A stretch of 50,867 bases of DNA from NCBI GenBank assembly GCA_964390205.1, contig CAYMHL010000001.1, forward strand, positions 15,165 to 66,031. The letters run 5' to 3'. Origin of the DNA: an uncultured Marinobacterium sp. (GTDB lineage Bacteria; Pseudomonadota; Gammaproteobacteria; Pseudomonadales; Balneatricaceae). Under the pieces are notes generated by a model, which made no database searches, was not told the origin of the DNA, and saw only the letters and a list, made by a program, of their open reading frames with translations. Both the position numbers and the translations under genes were made by a program. This document shows, in pieces, positions 21,601 to 32,119 of this stretch; position 1 is the stretch's first letter, and the number at the start of each line of letters is the position of its first letter.

Positions 21601-22593
21601 TCAGAACGCGCTCTGATCACGTGCCTGCCAGAGACGTCTGGCCTGCTCGACCCACTCATCCACCGGCCGCTCTTCGCCTTTGGACAACAGCCGCAGCACG
21701 GCGGCCAGGGTACTGATCACAGCACCTTCGCCATAGGCGTGATCCAATTCTCCACGCCAAAGTCGCAGCAGGTCCTGTGGGTCCAGCTCATCTTCCCGCA
21801 CCAGTCGCTGATGGTATAGCCTTGGCCAGAATTCCTCCGAGAGCTCGCCGGCACACACCCAGTGCAACTCGGAGTCCGAATCCGGTTTCATCTCCGCTTC
21901 GCCGCCATCGCCACGAATGGTCAGGCTGTAACGGGTGCCCAGCAACTGCGCCGTGCGCTGATGCATGGGAGCGTAAGGCGGGTGAAAGACGCCATCGACA
22001 CAACAGGGAGCCGACAGGGGATTCAGCAGGCGACACAGCGTATGGACCGGTGACCTCAGCCCCAGCACTGACCTCAGGCCGATCAGCTCACCCAGCCGTG
22101 GTACCAGGGTGTCAATGGACATGAAGGCGATGTTCTGGCGATCAAGATCCCGCTCCACCTGCTGCCAATCCGTCGCGGCACGCAAGCCGAAGAGGCCCAG
22201 CATATCCTCGGTATAGAGCCTGCCCGGGGTATGTCCCCTGGCACCATGCATGAACACCCGTGTACCGTTTTGCGCCAACACCAGCGCCGCAAGCAGAAAC
22301 CAGGGCAGACGACGTTTCTTGCCGGCATAGCTCGACCAGTCAAGGTCGGCCTGCAAGGTTGACGGCAGCTGCAGCCTGGCTCTGACCGCATGCGCGAATC
22401 CCATCAACTCCTCGGGAGCTTCTTCCTTCATCCGGATCAACATCAGGAAGGCACCCAGCTGCTCCGGCAGCACCCTCCCATCCAACACCATCCCCATGGC
22501 GTCTTCCGCTTCCTGTGCCGTCAGCGAGCGGCTGCCTTTCTTGCCCTTGCCAAGAATGCGCACAAAGGGGGCAAACGGATGTTCCTGGTTCAT
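21601..22593 (-). CDS. glycosyltransferase family 3 / anthranilate PRTase-like (YbiB/TrpD2-like) protein
   Basis: EHPFAPFVRILGKGKKGSRSLT, QLGAFLMLIRMKEE, DWSSYAGK and LGLRSPVHT. Confidence 0.8.
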   Translation of the reverse strand: MNQEHPFAPFVRILGKGKKGSRSLTAQEAEDAMGMVLDGRVLPEQLGAFLMLIRMKEEAPEELMGFAHAVRARLQLPSTLQADLDWSSYAGKKRRLPWFLLAALVLAQNGTRVFMHGARGHTPGRLYTEDMLGLFGLRAATDWQQVERDLDRQNIAFMSIDTLVPRLGELIGLRSVLGLRSPVHTLCRLLNPLSAPCCVDGVFHPPYAPMHQRTAQLLGTRYSLTIRGDGGEAEMKPDSDSELHWVCAGELSEEFWPRLYHQRLVREDELDPQDLLRLWRGELDHAYGEGAVISTLAAVLRLLSKGEERPVDEWVEQARRLWQARDQSAF

Positions 22594-22678
22594 GGTATTC
22601 CTCTGCTATGGCGTCAATGGAGTAACCTGGCGGACAGCGCTTTGCTACAATGGCGGCTGATCCCGCGGAAAGTATGAC

Positions 22679-24031
22679 ATGAGCCGTAAAAGAATTCAGT
22701 TCGGTGCGCCGCCGCGCAGCCGCAAAACAAGTCCCCAGCCACTCACGCCGCTGACGCTTGAAGTGGACCGTCTGAGCCATGAAGGCCGCGGCATTGCCAG
22801 AGCGGATGGTAAAGCCACGTTCATTGCCGGTGCTCTACCGGGCGAAACCGTCCAGGCGCGCATAACCGACCAGCACAAACGCTTCAACGAAGCCGAACTG
22901 ATCGAGATAGTCAGTTCAAGCCCCGACCGCGTCACGCCCGTCTGTACTCACTATGCCCAGTGTGGCGGCTGCGACCTCCAGCACCTGAGCATCACCCAAC
23001 AGCGTGCACATAAACAGCAGCAGGTTCTCGATCAACTCGAGCGCTTCGCCCAGGTGGTACCCGAGCATATTGATCCGCCGCTGATCGGTACAGATACCGG
23101 TTACCGCCGCGCAGCGCGTATCGGCATCAACCAGCGCCAGCGCGATGGTGAGGTGCTGGTTGGCTTTCGTCGCCGCGGCAGCAACAAACTGCTCAACATC
23201 GACAGCTGCCCGGTGTTGATTCCTCGCCTGCAACCGGTATTTTCCCTGTTACGTGCAGCATTGGCCGATCAGGGTGATATCCGCAGCCTGACCCATGTGG
23301 ATCTCAGCTGTGGCGACCGTGATGGCTTTATCCGCTTTCGCTGCACACGCATGCCCGGCGAGCAGCTGCTGACTACACTCAAATCAGTCAGTCAGCAGCT
23401 TGAGCTGAAGCTGGTTATCGGCCTCAATGATCGTGAAATCCGTGTCGACGAAGGGCTGGCACACTATGCCCTGCCGCAGGGCGATATCGAACTGGGCTTT
23501 ACCGCGACCGATTTCATCCAGGTCAACGCCGAGATCAACCGTGCCATGATCGATCAAGCCCTGGCCTGGCTGGACCCACAGCCCGAACAGCGTGTGCTGG
23601 ATCTATTCTGTGGCCTGGGCAACTTCACGCTGCCGCTGGCACAAAAAGCCGCTCAGGTCGTTGGTGTTGAAGGCTCTGCCGAAATGGTCGAGCGCGCCCG
23701 ACACAACGCTGCTCAGGCACATCTGGACAATGCGCATTTTTATCGCGCCGACCTGAGCGAAAGCTTCCGCCACGCCCCCTGGTTCCGTGAAGGCTTTGAT
23801 CTTATCCTGCTCGACCCGCCGCGCACCGGTGCCCGTGAAGCCGTGCAGCAGCTGTCCCATTATGGCGCCGCCAAGGTACTTTACATCTCCTGCAACCCTT
23901 CCGCTCTGGTCGCCGACCTGCCCCTGCTGACTGCAGCCGGCTATCGCGTAACCCGCTTCAGCATCATGGACATGTTCCCGCACACGGCCCATGTGGAATC
24001 CATGCTGCTGCTTGAGCGTGATCATGCCTGA
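22679..24031 (+). CDS. rlmD: 23S rRNA (uracil1939-C5)-methyltransferase
   Basis: TRAM domain, 4Fe-4S CTHYAQCGGC, LDLFCGLGNF, LDPPR, ISCNP and DMFPHTAHVE. Confidence 0.93.
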   Translation: MSRKRIQFGAPPRSRKTSPQPLTPLTLEVDRLSHEGRGIARADGKATFIAGALPGETVQARITDQHKRFNEAELIEIVSSSPDRVTPVCTHYAQCGGCDLQHLSITQQRAHKQQQVLDQLERFAQVVPEHIDPPLIGTDTGYRRAARIGINQRQRDGEVLVGFRRRGSNKLLNIDSCPVLIPRLQPVFSLLRAALADQGDIRSLTHVDLSCGDRDGFIRFRCTRMPGEQLLTTLKSVSQQLELKLVIGLNDREIRVDEGLAHYALPQGDIELGFTATDFIQVNAEINRAMIDQALAWLDPQPEQRVLDLFCGLGNFTLPLAQKAAQVVGVEGSAEMVERARHNAAQAHLDNAHFYRADLSESFRHAPWFREGFDLILLDPPRTGAREAVQQLSHYGAAKVLYISCNPSALVADLPLLTAAGYRVTRFSIMDMFPHTAHVESMLLLERDHA

Positions 24032-24644
24032 GTTCATCTTCAGCGATGACAGCATTGTCGTGGTCAGCAAACCGGCGGGGTTGCTGAGTGTTCCGGGACG
24101 GGGTGAAGACAAGCAGGACTGTCTGTGGCGACGGGTACAGCAGCGTTTCCCCACAGCGCGAATTGTGCATCGACTGGACCAGGCGACCTCCGGGCTGCTG
24201 ATCCTGGCACTGAGTGCCGATGCACATCGCAACCTGAGCATGCAGTTTCAGCAGCGCATTCCGACCAAGCGCTACCAGGCCATCATTGCCGGCATACCTG
24301 AGCAGATGTCGGGGCGTGTCGAGCTCGCCCTGCGCTGCGACTGGGACAATCGTCCCCTGCAGATGGTAGACCCTGTGGACGGCAAGGCGGCCACAACCGA
24401 TTGGCACTGCGTTGAGACATTCAGCGACCGTTGCCGGGTACATCTGCACCCGATCACCGGCCGTTCACATCAATTGCGGGTACACATGCAGGCGATGGGA
24501 CACCCGATCATCGGTGATCGCTTTTATGCGCCCGAGCCGCTGCGCAGTGCCAGTGATCGCCTGCTGCTGCATGCCGAACAGTTGGGACTACGCCACCCGG
24601 TGAGTGGTGACTGGCTGGAGTTCGAAGCCCCCTGCCCGTTTTGA
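24024..24644 (+). CDS. rluA: RluA-family pseudouridine synthase
   Basis: KPAGLLSVPGRG, HRLD catalytic Asp and TGRSHQLRVH. Confidence 0.88.
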   Translation: MPEFIFSDDSIVVVSKPAGLLSVPGRGEDKQDCLWRRVQQRFPTARIVHRLDQATSGLLILALSADAHRNLSMQFQQRIPTKRYQAIIAGIPEQMSGRVELALRCDWDNRPLQMVDPVDGKAATTDWHCVETFSDRCRVHLHPITGRSHQLRVHMQAMGHPIIGDRFYAPEPLRSASDRLLLHAEQLGLRHPVSGDWLEFEAPCPF

Positions 24645-24694
24645 ACAGACGCTTGATGCTGAACAACCTGCGCCAAGCAGAATAAAGACCGAAA

Positions 24695-24719
24695 AAAACG
24701 GGAGCCAAGCTCCCGTTTT
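24695..24719. terminator. bidirectional intrinsic terminator (rluA / bamC)
   Basis: AAAACGGGAGC-CAA-GCTCCCGTTTT. Confidence 0.8.
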
Positions 24720-24737
24720 ATCTATCTAGTCGTTTGA

Positions 24738-26141
24738 TCATTCTGCCCCAGGCAGTTGGTCCTTGACTGTCCAGAGGATTTCTTCGGCCACCACCGCAGG
24801 CGCTTCAAGTCCATCCTCGTTATGCACGGTCAGGAATACGCCCGAGCGGGTGCGACTCATCTTCAGCTGATAGCGTCCGGTATGCTCGTAGTTGCCGGTC
24901 TCGGCATTGTAGTTGCCGCTTTCACCGCTGCCGAAGACATAGACCACCTTGCCACCGAACCAGATCTTGTAACCCTTCTGGTTGGCAGGATTATTGGGAT
25001 CGGACAGTTCAGTCGCCAGCTCGTCATCAGCATCCACACGCTCGCTGGACGGCTGGGCACCCACGGCACTGTAACTGACACCTGCATCATCATCCTCGTC
25101 GCCACCGAGCGCCGCACTGATCATGCTGGTATCCAGCTTGATCTCGCCGCGATCGGAATGCAGCCACTCGAAAAAGCCCATCTTTTCGGTATCGTCAAAG
25201 GGGGTCGTCGTGGTGTAGGTCAGGTAGAAAACACCGGTCTGCTGATCGCGCGTGCCCACGTCAACCTGGGCGGCATCCAGAGCGGCATCCACCTGCGCCC
25301 AGGCGGTATCGATGGGCGCGCTGATTTTCAGTACCGGGTTGCCACGGGAATCACGACCCAACAGAGGACGGTCAGCAGTCTGCTGCTGCAGCGCCAACAG
25401 TGAATTGGCTGTCTGCTGGGAACCTGCCTTGCTCAGATAACGCAGAAGTTCAAACATCATGTCCGACTTGTAACCCACGTCACGGGCCTGACGATCCCAG
25501 TCGATATCGGTGACTTCAGCGGTTTCAGGATACTGCACGTGCTTCAGACGCACGGCAGTACGGCCGTAGTTCTCCGGATCGGGACGCAGCGTCATGCGCA
25601 GCTTGTTGCGGGTCGGGCCTTCAACATCCTGCAGTGTCAAACGCTTCACCCAGAGATCGACGAAGCTGTAGTCACGCCCATCCAACACAATCCAGTCGGT
25701 TTCCATGACCCCCTGACGCGGGTCGAAACGGCTGATATCGATATCATTGAAGGCCCAGAAATCCTGTGCCTTCAACCAAACCTCAGCGATCGGCTCATCC
25801 ACCAGGATGACCTTCTCACCCTCGATGCGGCGGAAATTGACACTGTCACTGCCGGATTCTGCATAGAAGAATTCCGGCCTCGGTACTTCGAACTCACCTT
25901 CACTGCTGATGGCTGTTGCGCCAACATCCGGTACAACCAGTTGCTCCTGCATCTCCTTGGCACGCAGGTGCGGAGGCAGCTGCAGCCGCTCACTCTTGCG
26001 AGCAAGCTCGTAGTCCTGACTGCGATCACGAATGATACCATTGTCGCCGTAGATCGGGTTGTTCTCGACCATGCTGCAGCCGGTCAAGGCAACCGAGATC
26101 GCCAGTGCCAGCGGAAGATAGGTAGTCCGAAGTGTAGTCAT
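24738..26141 (-). CDS. bamC: outer-membrane assembly lipoprotein BamC (NlpB/DapX family)
   Basis: Lipobox LTGC, RDRSQDY motif and METDW, directly downstream of dapA. Confidence 0.8.
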   Translation of the reverse strand: MTTLRTTYLPLALAISVALTGCSMVENNPIYGDNGIIRDRSQDYELARKSERLQLPPHLRAKEMQEQLVVPDVGATAISSEGEFEVPRPEFFYAESGSDSVNFRRIEGEKVILVDEPIAEVWLKAQDFWAFNDIDISRFDPRQGVMETDWIVLDGRDYSFVDLWVKRLTLQDVEGPTRNKLRMTLRPDPENYGRTAVRLKHVQYPETAEVTDIDWDRQARDVGYKSDMMFELLRYLSKAGSQQTANSLLALQQQTADRPLLGRDSRGNPVLKISAPIDTAWAQVDAALDAAQVDVGTRDQQTGVFYLTYTTTTPFDDTEKMGFFEWLHSDRGEIKLDTSMISAALGGDEDDDAGVSYSAVGAQPSSERVDADDELATELSDPNNPANQKGYKIWFGGKVVYVFGSGESGNYNAETGNYEHTGRYQLKMSRTRSGVFLTVHNEDGLEAPAVVAEEILWTVKDQLPGAE

Positions 26142-26152
26142 GCCAAATCCTG

Positions 26153-27028
26153 TTAGATGATGCCGGCTTCGCGCAGAGAGTTGCGTACCAAGTCCTGGTA
26201 CTGTTCGGACAGTACGGTCAACGGCAGACGAATACCGCTGTCGATCAGTTTCATCTCGGCCATGGCCCACTTTACCGGAATCGGATTGGCTTCCACGAAA
26301 AGGTTGGTGTGCAGCGGCATCAGTTTCTGCTGCAGCGCACGCGCCGCTTCAACTTCACCTGCCAGACCCAGACGACAGAGCTCGGCCATTTCCGCCGGCG
26401 CCACGTTGGCGGTGACGGAGATGTTGCCCTGACCGCCCATGAGAATCAGTTCGATGGCAGTGGCGTCATCACCGGAGTAAATGGCGAAATCGGTCGGCAC
26501 ATTGTCGATCAGCTCGCGAGCGCGTTCCAGGTTGCCGGTGGCTTCCTTAATACCGACGATGTTGTCGATCTGCGCCAGTCGGTAGACCGTTTCCGGCAGC
26601 ATGTCGCAGGCAGTACGGCCCGGCACGTTATACAGAATCTGCGGAATGGCAACGGCTTCAGCAATCGCCTTGAAGTGCTGATACAGGCCTTCCTGAGTCG
26701 GCTTGTTGTAGTACGGCGTCACCAGCAGGCAGGCATCGGCACCGGCCTTGGCAGCCCGTTCGGTCAGCTCGATCGCTTCCTTGGTAGAGTTGGCACCGGT
26801 GCCGGCGATGACGGGAATGCGGCCATCAACGCGCTTGATAATCGCCTTGATCACATCAAGGTGCTCATCGTAATCCAGCGTCGGCGACTCACCGGTGGTG
26901 CCTACGGCAACAATTGAGTCCGTACCCTTCTCGATATGGAGATCCACAATCTTGTCCAGAGCAGCCCAATCGATCTCTCCATTGGCTGTCATCGGGGTCA
27001 CGAGCGCTACAATACTGCCGCGAATCAT
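26153..27028 (-). CDS. dapA: 4-hydroxy-tetrahydrodipicolinate synthase
   Basis: [23 protein letters not shown] and GIKEA. Confidence 0.97.
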   Translation of the reverse strand: MIRGSIVALVTPMTANGEIDWAALDKIVDLHIEKGTDSIVAVGTTGESPTLDYDEHLDVIKAIIKRVDGRIPVIAGTGANSTKEAIELTERAAKAGADACLLVTPYYNKPTQEGLYQHFKAIAEAVAIPQILYNVPGRTACDMLPETVYRLAQIDNIVGIKEATGNLERARELIDNVPTDFAIYSGDDATAIELILMGGQGNISVTANVAPAEMAELCRLGLAGEVEAARALQQKLMPLHTNLFVEANPIPVKWAMAEMKLIDSGIRLPLTVLSEQYQDLVRNSLREAGII

Positions 27029-27200
27029 CTCTGTCTCCATCTGTCTGAGAACTCTCAATGTTGCATCATGCTACCGGCAGCGGCTCTCGGCCTCAACCAG
27101 CAGACACTTTTTTGATATCGTAAAGGCCGCATTCTAAACGAATTATGTGGACTGCGCGTAGTAGTGTGCAGCACTTTTTAGTCAATGAGGACATTTTGCC

Positions 27201-27668
27201 ATGACAGCACCCGCCATCGGCCAGCCACTAGCCGACTTCACCGCCCCGGCCACCAGCGATACCGAAGTCAGCCTGAGCGCACTCAAGGGCCGCAACATCG
27301 TGATCTATTTTTACCCCAAGGACAGCACACCCGGCTGCACCACCGAAGGGCAGGATTTCCGCGATCTTTACGCCGAGTTTCAGACACTGAATACGGAAAT
27401 CTTCGGCGTCTCACGAGACGGACTCAAAAGCCATGAAAACTTCAAGGCCAAGCAGTCTTTCCCGTTCGAACTGATCAGCGATAAGGATGAAGCCCTGTGC
27501 CAGCTGTTCGATGTGATCAAGCTGAAGAAGATGTACGGCAAGGAACATATGGGGGTTGAGCGCAGTACCTTCCTGATCGACAAGGAAGGTGTGTTGCGTC
27601 AGGAGTGGCGCAAGGTGAAGGTCAAGGGCCACGCCGCTGAAGTGCTGGAAGCAGTAAAGGCGCTGTAA
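27201..27668 (+). CDS. bcp: peroxiredoxin BCP/PrxQ
   Basis: YFYPKDSTPGCTTEG and ERSTFLID. Confidence 0.92.
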   Translation: MTAPAIGQPLADFTAPATSDTEVSLSALKGRNIVIYFYPKDSTPGCTTEGQDFRDLYAEFQTLNTEIFGVSRDGLKSHENFKAKQSFPFELISDKDEALCQLFDVIKLKKMYGKEHMGVERSTFLIDKEGVLRQEWRKVKVKGHAAEVLEAVKAL

Positions 27669-27700
27669 CGCCAGCGCCAGTGAGCTTGAGGCCTCTCCGC

Positions 27701-28771
27701 TCAGGCAGAGGTCTCGGTCTCTTCGATGGATTTGGGCCAGGCGTTCAGAATCGCCTTCACCAGGGTCGCCAGCGGAATGGCGAAGAAAATACCCCAGAAG
27801 CCCCAGATACTGCCAAATACCAGCACCGCCACGATGATGGACACCGGGTGCAGATTGACCGCTTCGGAAAACAGCAGCGGCACCAACACATTGCCGTCCA
27901 AGGCCTGAATAACGGCATAGGCGATCATTACATAACCAAGATCACTGCCCCAACCCCACTGGAACAGTGCGATCAGGAATACCGGCAGCGTCGCCAGCGT
28001 TGCCCCTATGTAGGGAATCAACACCGATAGCCCTACCATCAACGCCAGAAGTGCCGCATAGTTCAACCCGAACAGCACAAACACTACATAGCTGACCACG
28101 CCGACAATCACGATCTCAACCGCCTTGCCGCGCACATAGTTGGCGATCTGCACATCCATCTCGTGCCACACCCGGGTCATCATGTCGCGCTTGTCCGGCA
28201 GAAATTCGGTCCAGCCGCGCACCAGCTTGCGCCCATCCTTGAGAAAGAAGAACACCAGTATCGGCACCAGTACCACATAGATCAGCAGGGTCACGATGCC
28301 GGTAATGGAGTTGAGCGAGAATGTCAGTACCCACTGACCCAGACGACTCAGCTCGGCCGCTGCCGCCCCGATCAGCTCACGTACCTGGGTTTCGGAAATC
28401 AGCTCAGGATAGCGCTCGGGCAGGACCAATAGCAGGTTCTGTACCTCACTGACCATCCTTGGCGCCTCATTGAACAGATTGACCATCTGGCGCCAGATAA
28501 GCGGCAATACAAACAACAGAAAAGCCGCCACAAAGCCGACAAACAGCACAAACACAAGGCTGACTGACAACAGATGCCCCATGCCCCGGCGCTGCAGCCA
28601 GTCGACAAGACCCTGCATCAAAAAGGCCAGTATCACCCCGGCGATAACCGGCGCCAGCGACTGCCCAAGAAAGAACAGCACCACAATACCCACACTGAGG
28701 AACAGGAACAGGAACAGTGCTTCCTCATCGGAGAAATAACGGTCGATCCATTTACTGAAGATTTTGCGCAT
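27701..28771 (-). CDS. AI-2E family transporter (PerM-like)
   Basis: Polytopic membrane protein with RYFSDEEA, LIPYIG and LDGNVLVPLLFSEAVNLHP. Confidence 0.88.
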   Translation of the reverse strand: MRKIFSKWIDRYFSDEEALFLFLFLSVGIVVLFFLGQSLAPVIAGVILAFLMQGLVDWLQRRGMGHLLSVSLVFVLFVGFVAAFLLFVLPLIWRQMVNLFNEAPRMVSEVQNLLLVLPERYPELISETQVRELIGAAAAELSRLGQWVLTFSLNSITGIVTLLIYVVLVPILVFFFLKDGRKLVRGWTEFLPDKRDMMTRVWHEMDVQIANYVRGKAVEIVIVGVVSYVVFVLFGLNYAALLALMVGLSVLIPYIGATLATLPVFLIALFQWGWGSDLGYVMIAYAVIQALDGNVLVPLLFSEAVNLHPVSIIVAVLVFGSIWGFWGIFFAIPLATLVKAILNAWPKSIEETETSA

Positions 28772-28779
28772 GTCGCACC

Positions 28780-29025
28780 TCAGGCGTCCTTGCCACGCCG
28801 GATCCAATAGATGAAATGCAGATCGTCGCTGAACGTATGCAGCAACTCATGGTCTGACACCTGGGTGTAAGCCGGAAAATCACGGACGGAGCCGGCATCG
28901 GTTGCCGTCACCTTCAACACCTGCCCCGGCGACATCTGGTGCAGCGCCAGCTTGGCTTTGAGCAGCGGCATGGGGCAGCTCAAACCACTGGCATCCAGCT
29001 CCTGGTCATGTTGTGGAGGTCTCAT
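28780..29025 (-). CDS. TusA/SirA-family sulfur carrier protein
   Basis: LDASGLSCPMPLLKAK and ATDAGSVRDF. Confidence 0.88.
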   Translation of the reverse strand: MRPPQHDQELDASGLSCPMPLLKAKLALHQMSPGQVLKVTATDAGSVRDFPAYTQVSDHELLHTFSDDLHFIYWIRRGKDA

Positions 29026-29118
29026 CTGTACGACTCCTGCGATACACTGGCTACATATTTCAATGGCATGCACTATATCATTAAACCCACGCCAGAATAA
29101 TTCGGAAGGCAGCACCTC

Positions 29119-30564
29119 ATGTTAAAGCGCACCACTCTTGCCAGCCTGGTACTCTCATTCCTGCTTGCGTCATCACCCGGCCGCGCCGAAGATCCCTTCA
29201 ACCTGCCGCTGCTGAATGATGGCACTTCATCCATTGTCAGCCTGGATGCCGAATACCGCCTGGGCCGCAACTGGGCACGCATTCTGCGTGGACAGGCACC
29301 GATGCTGGATGACCCCATCACCTATCAGTATCTGGAAGACCTGCTCTGGCGCCTGTTGCCTCACAGTCAGGTGCAGGATCGTCGCCTTGAACTCTTCGTA
29401 TTGGCCAACCCGACCTTCAACGCCTTTGCCGTTCCCGGCGGTGTCATCGGCATTCATGGCGGGCTTATCCTTGCTGCCGAAAGCGAAGGTGAACTGGCAT
29501 CCGTGATCGCGCACGAACTGGCTCACCTCAGCCAGCGTCACTACGCCCAGCGTCTCGAAGAAGAGCGGCGCAATCGCCCACTGATGCTGGCCGGAGTACT
29601 GGCCGGCATATTGGTCGCCGCAGCAGACACCCAGGGTGGTATGGCCGTCATGTCTTCCACACTAGGGGCCTCCGCTCAAAACCAGCTGGCATTCAGTCGA
29701 CGCAACGAGCAGGAAGCCGACCGTGTCGGCATGCAGACGCTGGTATCGGCCAATTACGATCCGCATACCATGCCGCAAATGTTCAGTCGCCTGCAGCGCA
29801 GCTATCAATTTTACGGCCAACGCCCACCGGAATTTCTGCTCACGCATCCGGTCACCGAATCGCGTATCGCCGACTCCCTGAACCGTGCCAGCCAACTGCC
29901 GCTGGTACGCAGCCCGGCAAACAGCTTTGAGTTTGCGCTGATCAAGGCACGCATGGATGTCCGCTTTGCCGAATCTCCGGCGGATGCTCTGGATCATTTT
30001 CGCACCCGACTGAATCAGCAGGCCAATGCCTATGCTCGCTATGGAATGATGCTTGCCGCCATTGCCAACCAGGATTTTGCGCTCGCGCAAGCAACATATG
30101 AGCAGATGCCGTCAGAACTGCGCCAACATCCCTACGTCGAGCTCGGCTACATCGAAGGTCTGCAGCAGGCCAAGCGCTACCAGGAAGCGCTGACGCTGAT
30201 ACGCAAGCAGTTGGCACTCTATCCCGACAGCCGACCGGTACGCACGCTGAATGCCGAGATTCTGCGCAGCAACGGTCAATTGAATGCCTCACTGCGCGAA
30301 TACAAATCCCTGATCCGCGAATACCCCAATGATGCCGACCTCTGGTTTCAACTGGCCGAAACCGAAGGGCTGGCCGGCAATACCCTGGGCGTACATGAAG
30401 CCCGGATCGAGTATTTCATGCTCACGGCTCAACTTGACCAGGCACTGAAGCAGATCACCTATGCGCGACGCGGCAAGAACCTGGCCGCATCCGATATTGC
30501 ACGGCTGGATCAGCGTGAACAGGAAGCCCGTGCGCTGCGCCAGGAAATGAAGTCACAGTTTTGA
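29119..30564 (+). CDS. bepA: M48 metalloprotease/chaperone BepA (YfgC) with TPR domain
   Basis: Signal peptide, NAFAVPGG, HELAH, EQEADRVG, PEFLLTHP and TPR C-terminus. Confidence 0.9.
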   Translation: MLKRTTLASLVLSFLLASSPGRAEDPFNLPLLNDGTSSIVSLDAEYRLGRNWARILRGQAPMLDDPITYQYLEDLLWRLLPHSQVQDRRLELFVLANPTFNAFAVPGGVIGIHGGLILAAESEGELASVIAHELAHLSQRHYAQRLEEERRNRPLMLAGVLAGILVAAADTQGGMAVMSSTLGASAQNQLAFSRRNEQEADRVGMQTLVSANYDPHTMPQMFSRLQRSYQFYGQRPPEFLLTHPVTESRIADSLNRASQLPLVRSPANSFEFALIKARMDVRFAESPADALDHFRTRLNQQANAYARYGMMLAAIANQDFALAQATYEQMPSELRQHPYVELGYIEGLQQAKRYQEALTLIRKQLALYPDSRPVRTLNAEILRSNGQLNASLREYKSLIREYPNDADLWFQLAETEGLAGNTLGVHEARIEYFMLTAQLDQALKQITYARRGKNLAASDIARLDQREQEARALRQEMKSQF

Positions 30565-30594
30565 CACCTCAGTCAGGCACTGTGCAAGGGTGAC

Positions 30595-30636
30595 AAAAAA
30601 GCCCGCGCGATCAGCTCGATCGGCGGGCTTTTTTTT
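30595..30636. terminator. bidirectional terminator (bepA / nadA)
   Basis: AAAAAAGCCCGC...GCGGGCTTTTTTTT. Confidence 0.8.
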
Positions 30637-30664
30637 CGAATAGAGTGTCGAACAAAGAGCCGGC

Positions 30665-31708
30665 TCAGCCCGCGGAAAAGTCCAGCATGCGTTGCAGCGG
30701 CTTGAGCGCACGTTCTCTCAGCGCCGGATCAACCTGGATCTCGTCAGTGCCGTTTTCCAATGCAGAGAGGATATTATCCAGCCCGTTCATGGCCATCCAG
30801 GGACAGTGTGCGCAGCTGCGGCAGGTTGCACCTGAACCACCGGTCGGCGCTTCCAGGAAACGCTTGCCTGGCGCGGCCTGCTGCATCTTGTAGAAGATGC
30901 CGCGGTCGGTGGCAACAATAAAGGTCTCATTGGGCAGGTCATGTGCCGCCTTGATCAGCTGGCTGGTAGAGCCGACAGCATCGGCGATTTCGACCACTGC
31001 ATCCGGTGATTCCGGGTGGACCAGCACAGCCGCATCCGGGTAGACCTGCTTGAGATCCAGAATACCCTTGGCCTTGAATTCCTCATGGACGATACAGCTG
31101 CCATCCCAAAGAATCATCTCTGCGCCGGTTTCCTTGCGCACGTACTCGCCCAGGTGCTTGTCCGGTGCCCAGATGATTTTCTTGCCCTGATCTGCCAGAT
31201 GCTCAACCACCTTCAACGCGATGCTGGAGGTCACGACCCAGTCGGCTCGAGCCTTCACGGCTGCAGAGGTATTGGCATAGACCACCACTTCGTGATCGGG
31301 ATGCTGGTCGCAGAAGGCTGCAAATTCATCCGCAGGACAACCGATATCCAGAGAGCAGGTCGCTTCCAGAGTCGGCATCAGGATACGCTTTTCCGGGTTC
31401 AGAATTTTGGCGGTTTCACCCATAAAACGCACCCCGGCCACGATCAGGGTCGAAGCCGGATGACGAGAGCCGAAGCGCGCCATTTCAAGCGAATCCGCTA
31501 CACAGCCGCCGGTTTCATCGGCCAACTGCTGAATCAGGTCATCGGTGTAGTAATGCGCTACCAGACAGGCATCCTTCTCGACCAACAGCCGACGGATCTT
31601 GTCTTTATAGGCTTCGATTTCAGCTGACCCCATCTCCTGCGGCAGGTGCTCGTGGGCGAAATGCTCCTGTACCAGGATGCGATCATCAATATCTTGCTTG
31701 CTCAACAT
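30665..31708 (-). CDS. nadA: quinolinate synthase
   Basis: AHYY, ADSLEMA, ATCSLD, CIVH and CAHCPWM. Confidence 0.96.
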   Translation of the reverse strand: MLSKQDIDDRILVQEHFAHEHLPQEMGSAEIEAYKDKIRRLLVEKDACLVAHYYTDDLIQQLADETGGCVADSLEMARFGSRHPASTLIVAGVRFMGETAKILNPEKRILMPTLEATCSLDIGCPADEFAAFCDQHPDHEVVVYANTSAAVKARADWVVTSSIALKVVEHLADQGKKIIWAPDKHLGEYVRKETGAEMILWDGSCIVHEEFKAKGILDLKQVYPDAAVLVHPESPDAVVEIADAVGSTSQLIKAAHDLPNETFIVATDRGIFYKMQQAAPGKRFLEAPTGGSGATCRSCAHCPWMAMNGLDNILSALENGTDEIQVDPALRERALKPLQRMLDFSAG

Positions 31709-31866
31709 AGTTCTGGCTCTTGTCATCCAGCGGGTTGATGCCATTGAGGACAAAAATACGGGGCGTGGATTATACCATAGTCGCGCCACAGTTAATGCAC
31801 TCAATAGACCCTTCACTCGTGCCGGAGTTCTGGTCAACCATCAACTGCAACTGAAAACGGGGAAAA

Positions 31867-31942
31867 TGGTGGGTCGTATAGGACTTGAACCTATGACCAA
31901 TTGGTTAAAAGCCAACTGCTCTACCAACTGAGCTAACGACCC
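31867..31942 (-). tRNA. tRNA-Lys (TTT)
   Basis: GGGTCGTTAGCTCAGTTGGTAGAGCAGTTGGCTTTTAACCAATTGGTCATAGGTTCAAGTCCTATACGACCCACCA, 76 nt. Confidence 0.96.
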
Positions 31943-31985
31943 ATATGAAACCAGGCAGACAGCCTGACGTATCGAAGGGTAAAGA

Positions 31986-32061
31986 TGGTGGGTCGTATAG
32001 GACTTGAACCTATGACCAATTGGTTAAAAGCCAACTGCTCTACCAACTGAGCTAACGACCC
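31986..32061 (-). tRNA. tRNA-Lys (TTT), identical second copy
   Basis: Same 76-nt sequence as 31867-31942. Confidence 0.96.
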
Positions 32062-32064
32062 GAT

Positions 32065-32101
32065 GGGCTGCGCATTTTACGCAGTTTAAGCGAAATGACA
32101 A
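32065..32101 (-). promoter_or_regulatory. stable-RNA type sigma70 promoter for the tRNA-Lys pair
   Basis: TTGTCA-N16-TAAAAT followed by a GC-rich discriminator GCGCAGCCC. Confidence 0.65.
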
Positions 32102-32119
32102 CCCTCTATTGAAACTTTT

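Noticed and set aside
31709-31866. Possible NAD riboswitch or operator in the nadA leader
   Set aside because: Only an extended -10 (TGGTATAAT) is evident, with no recognisable aptamer or palindrome.
31867-32061. 76-bp direct repeat as a CRISPR or att site
   Set aside because: These are two complete tRNA-Lys genes. No integrase, cas gene or foreign DNA is adjacent.
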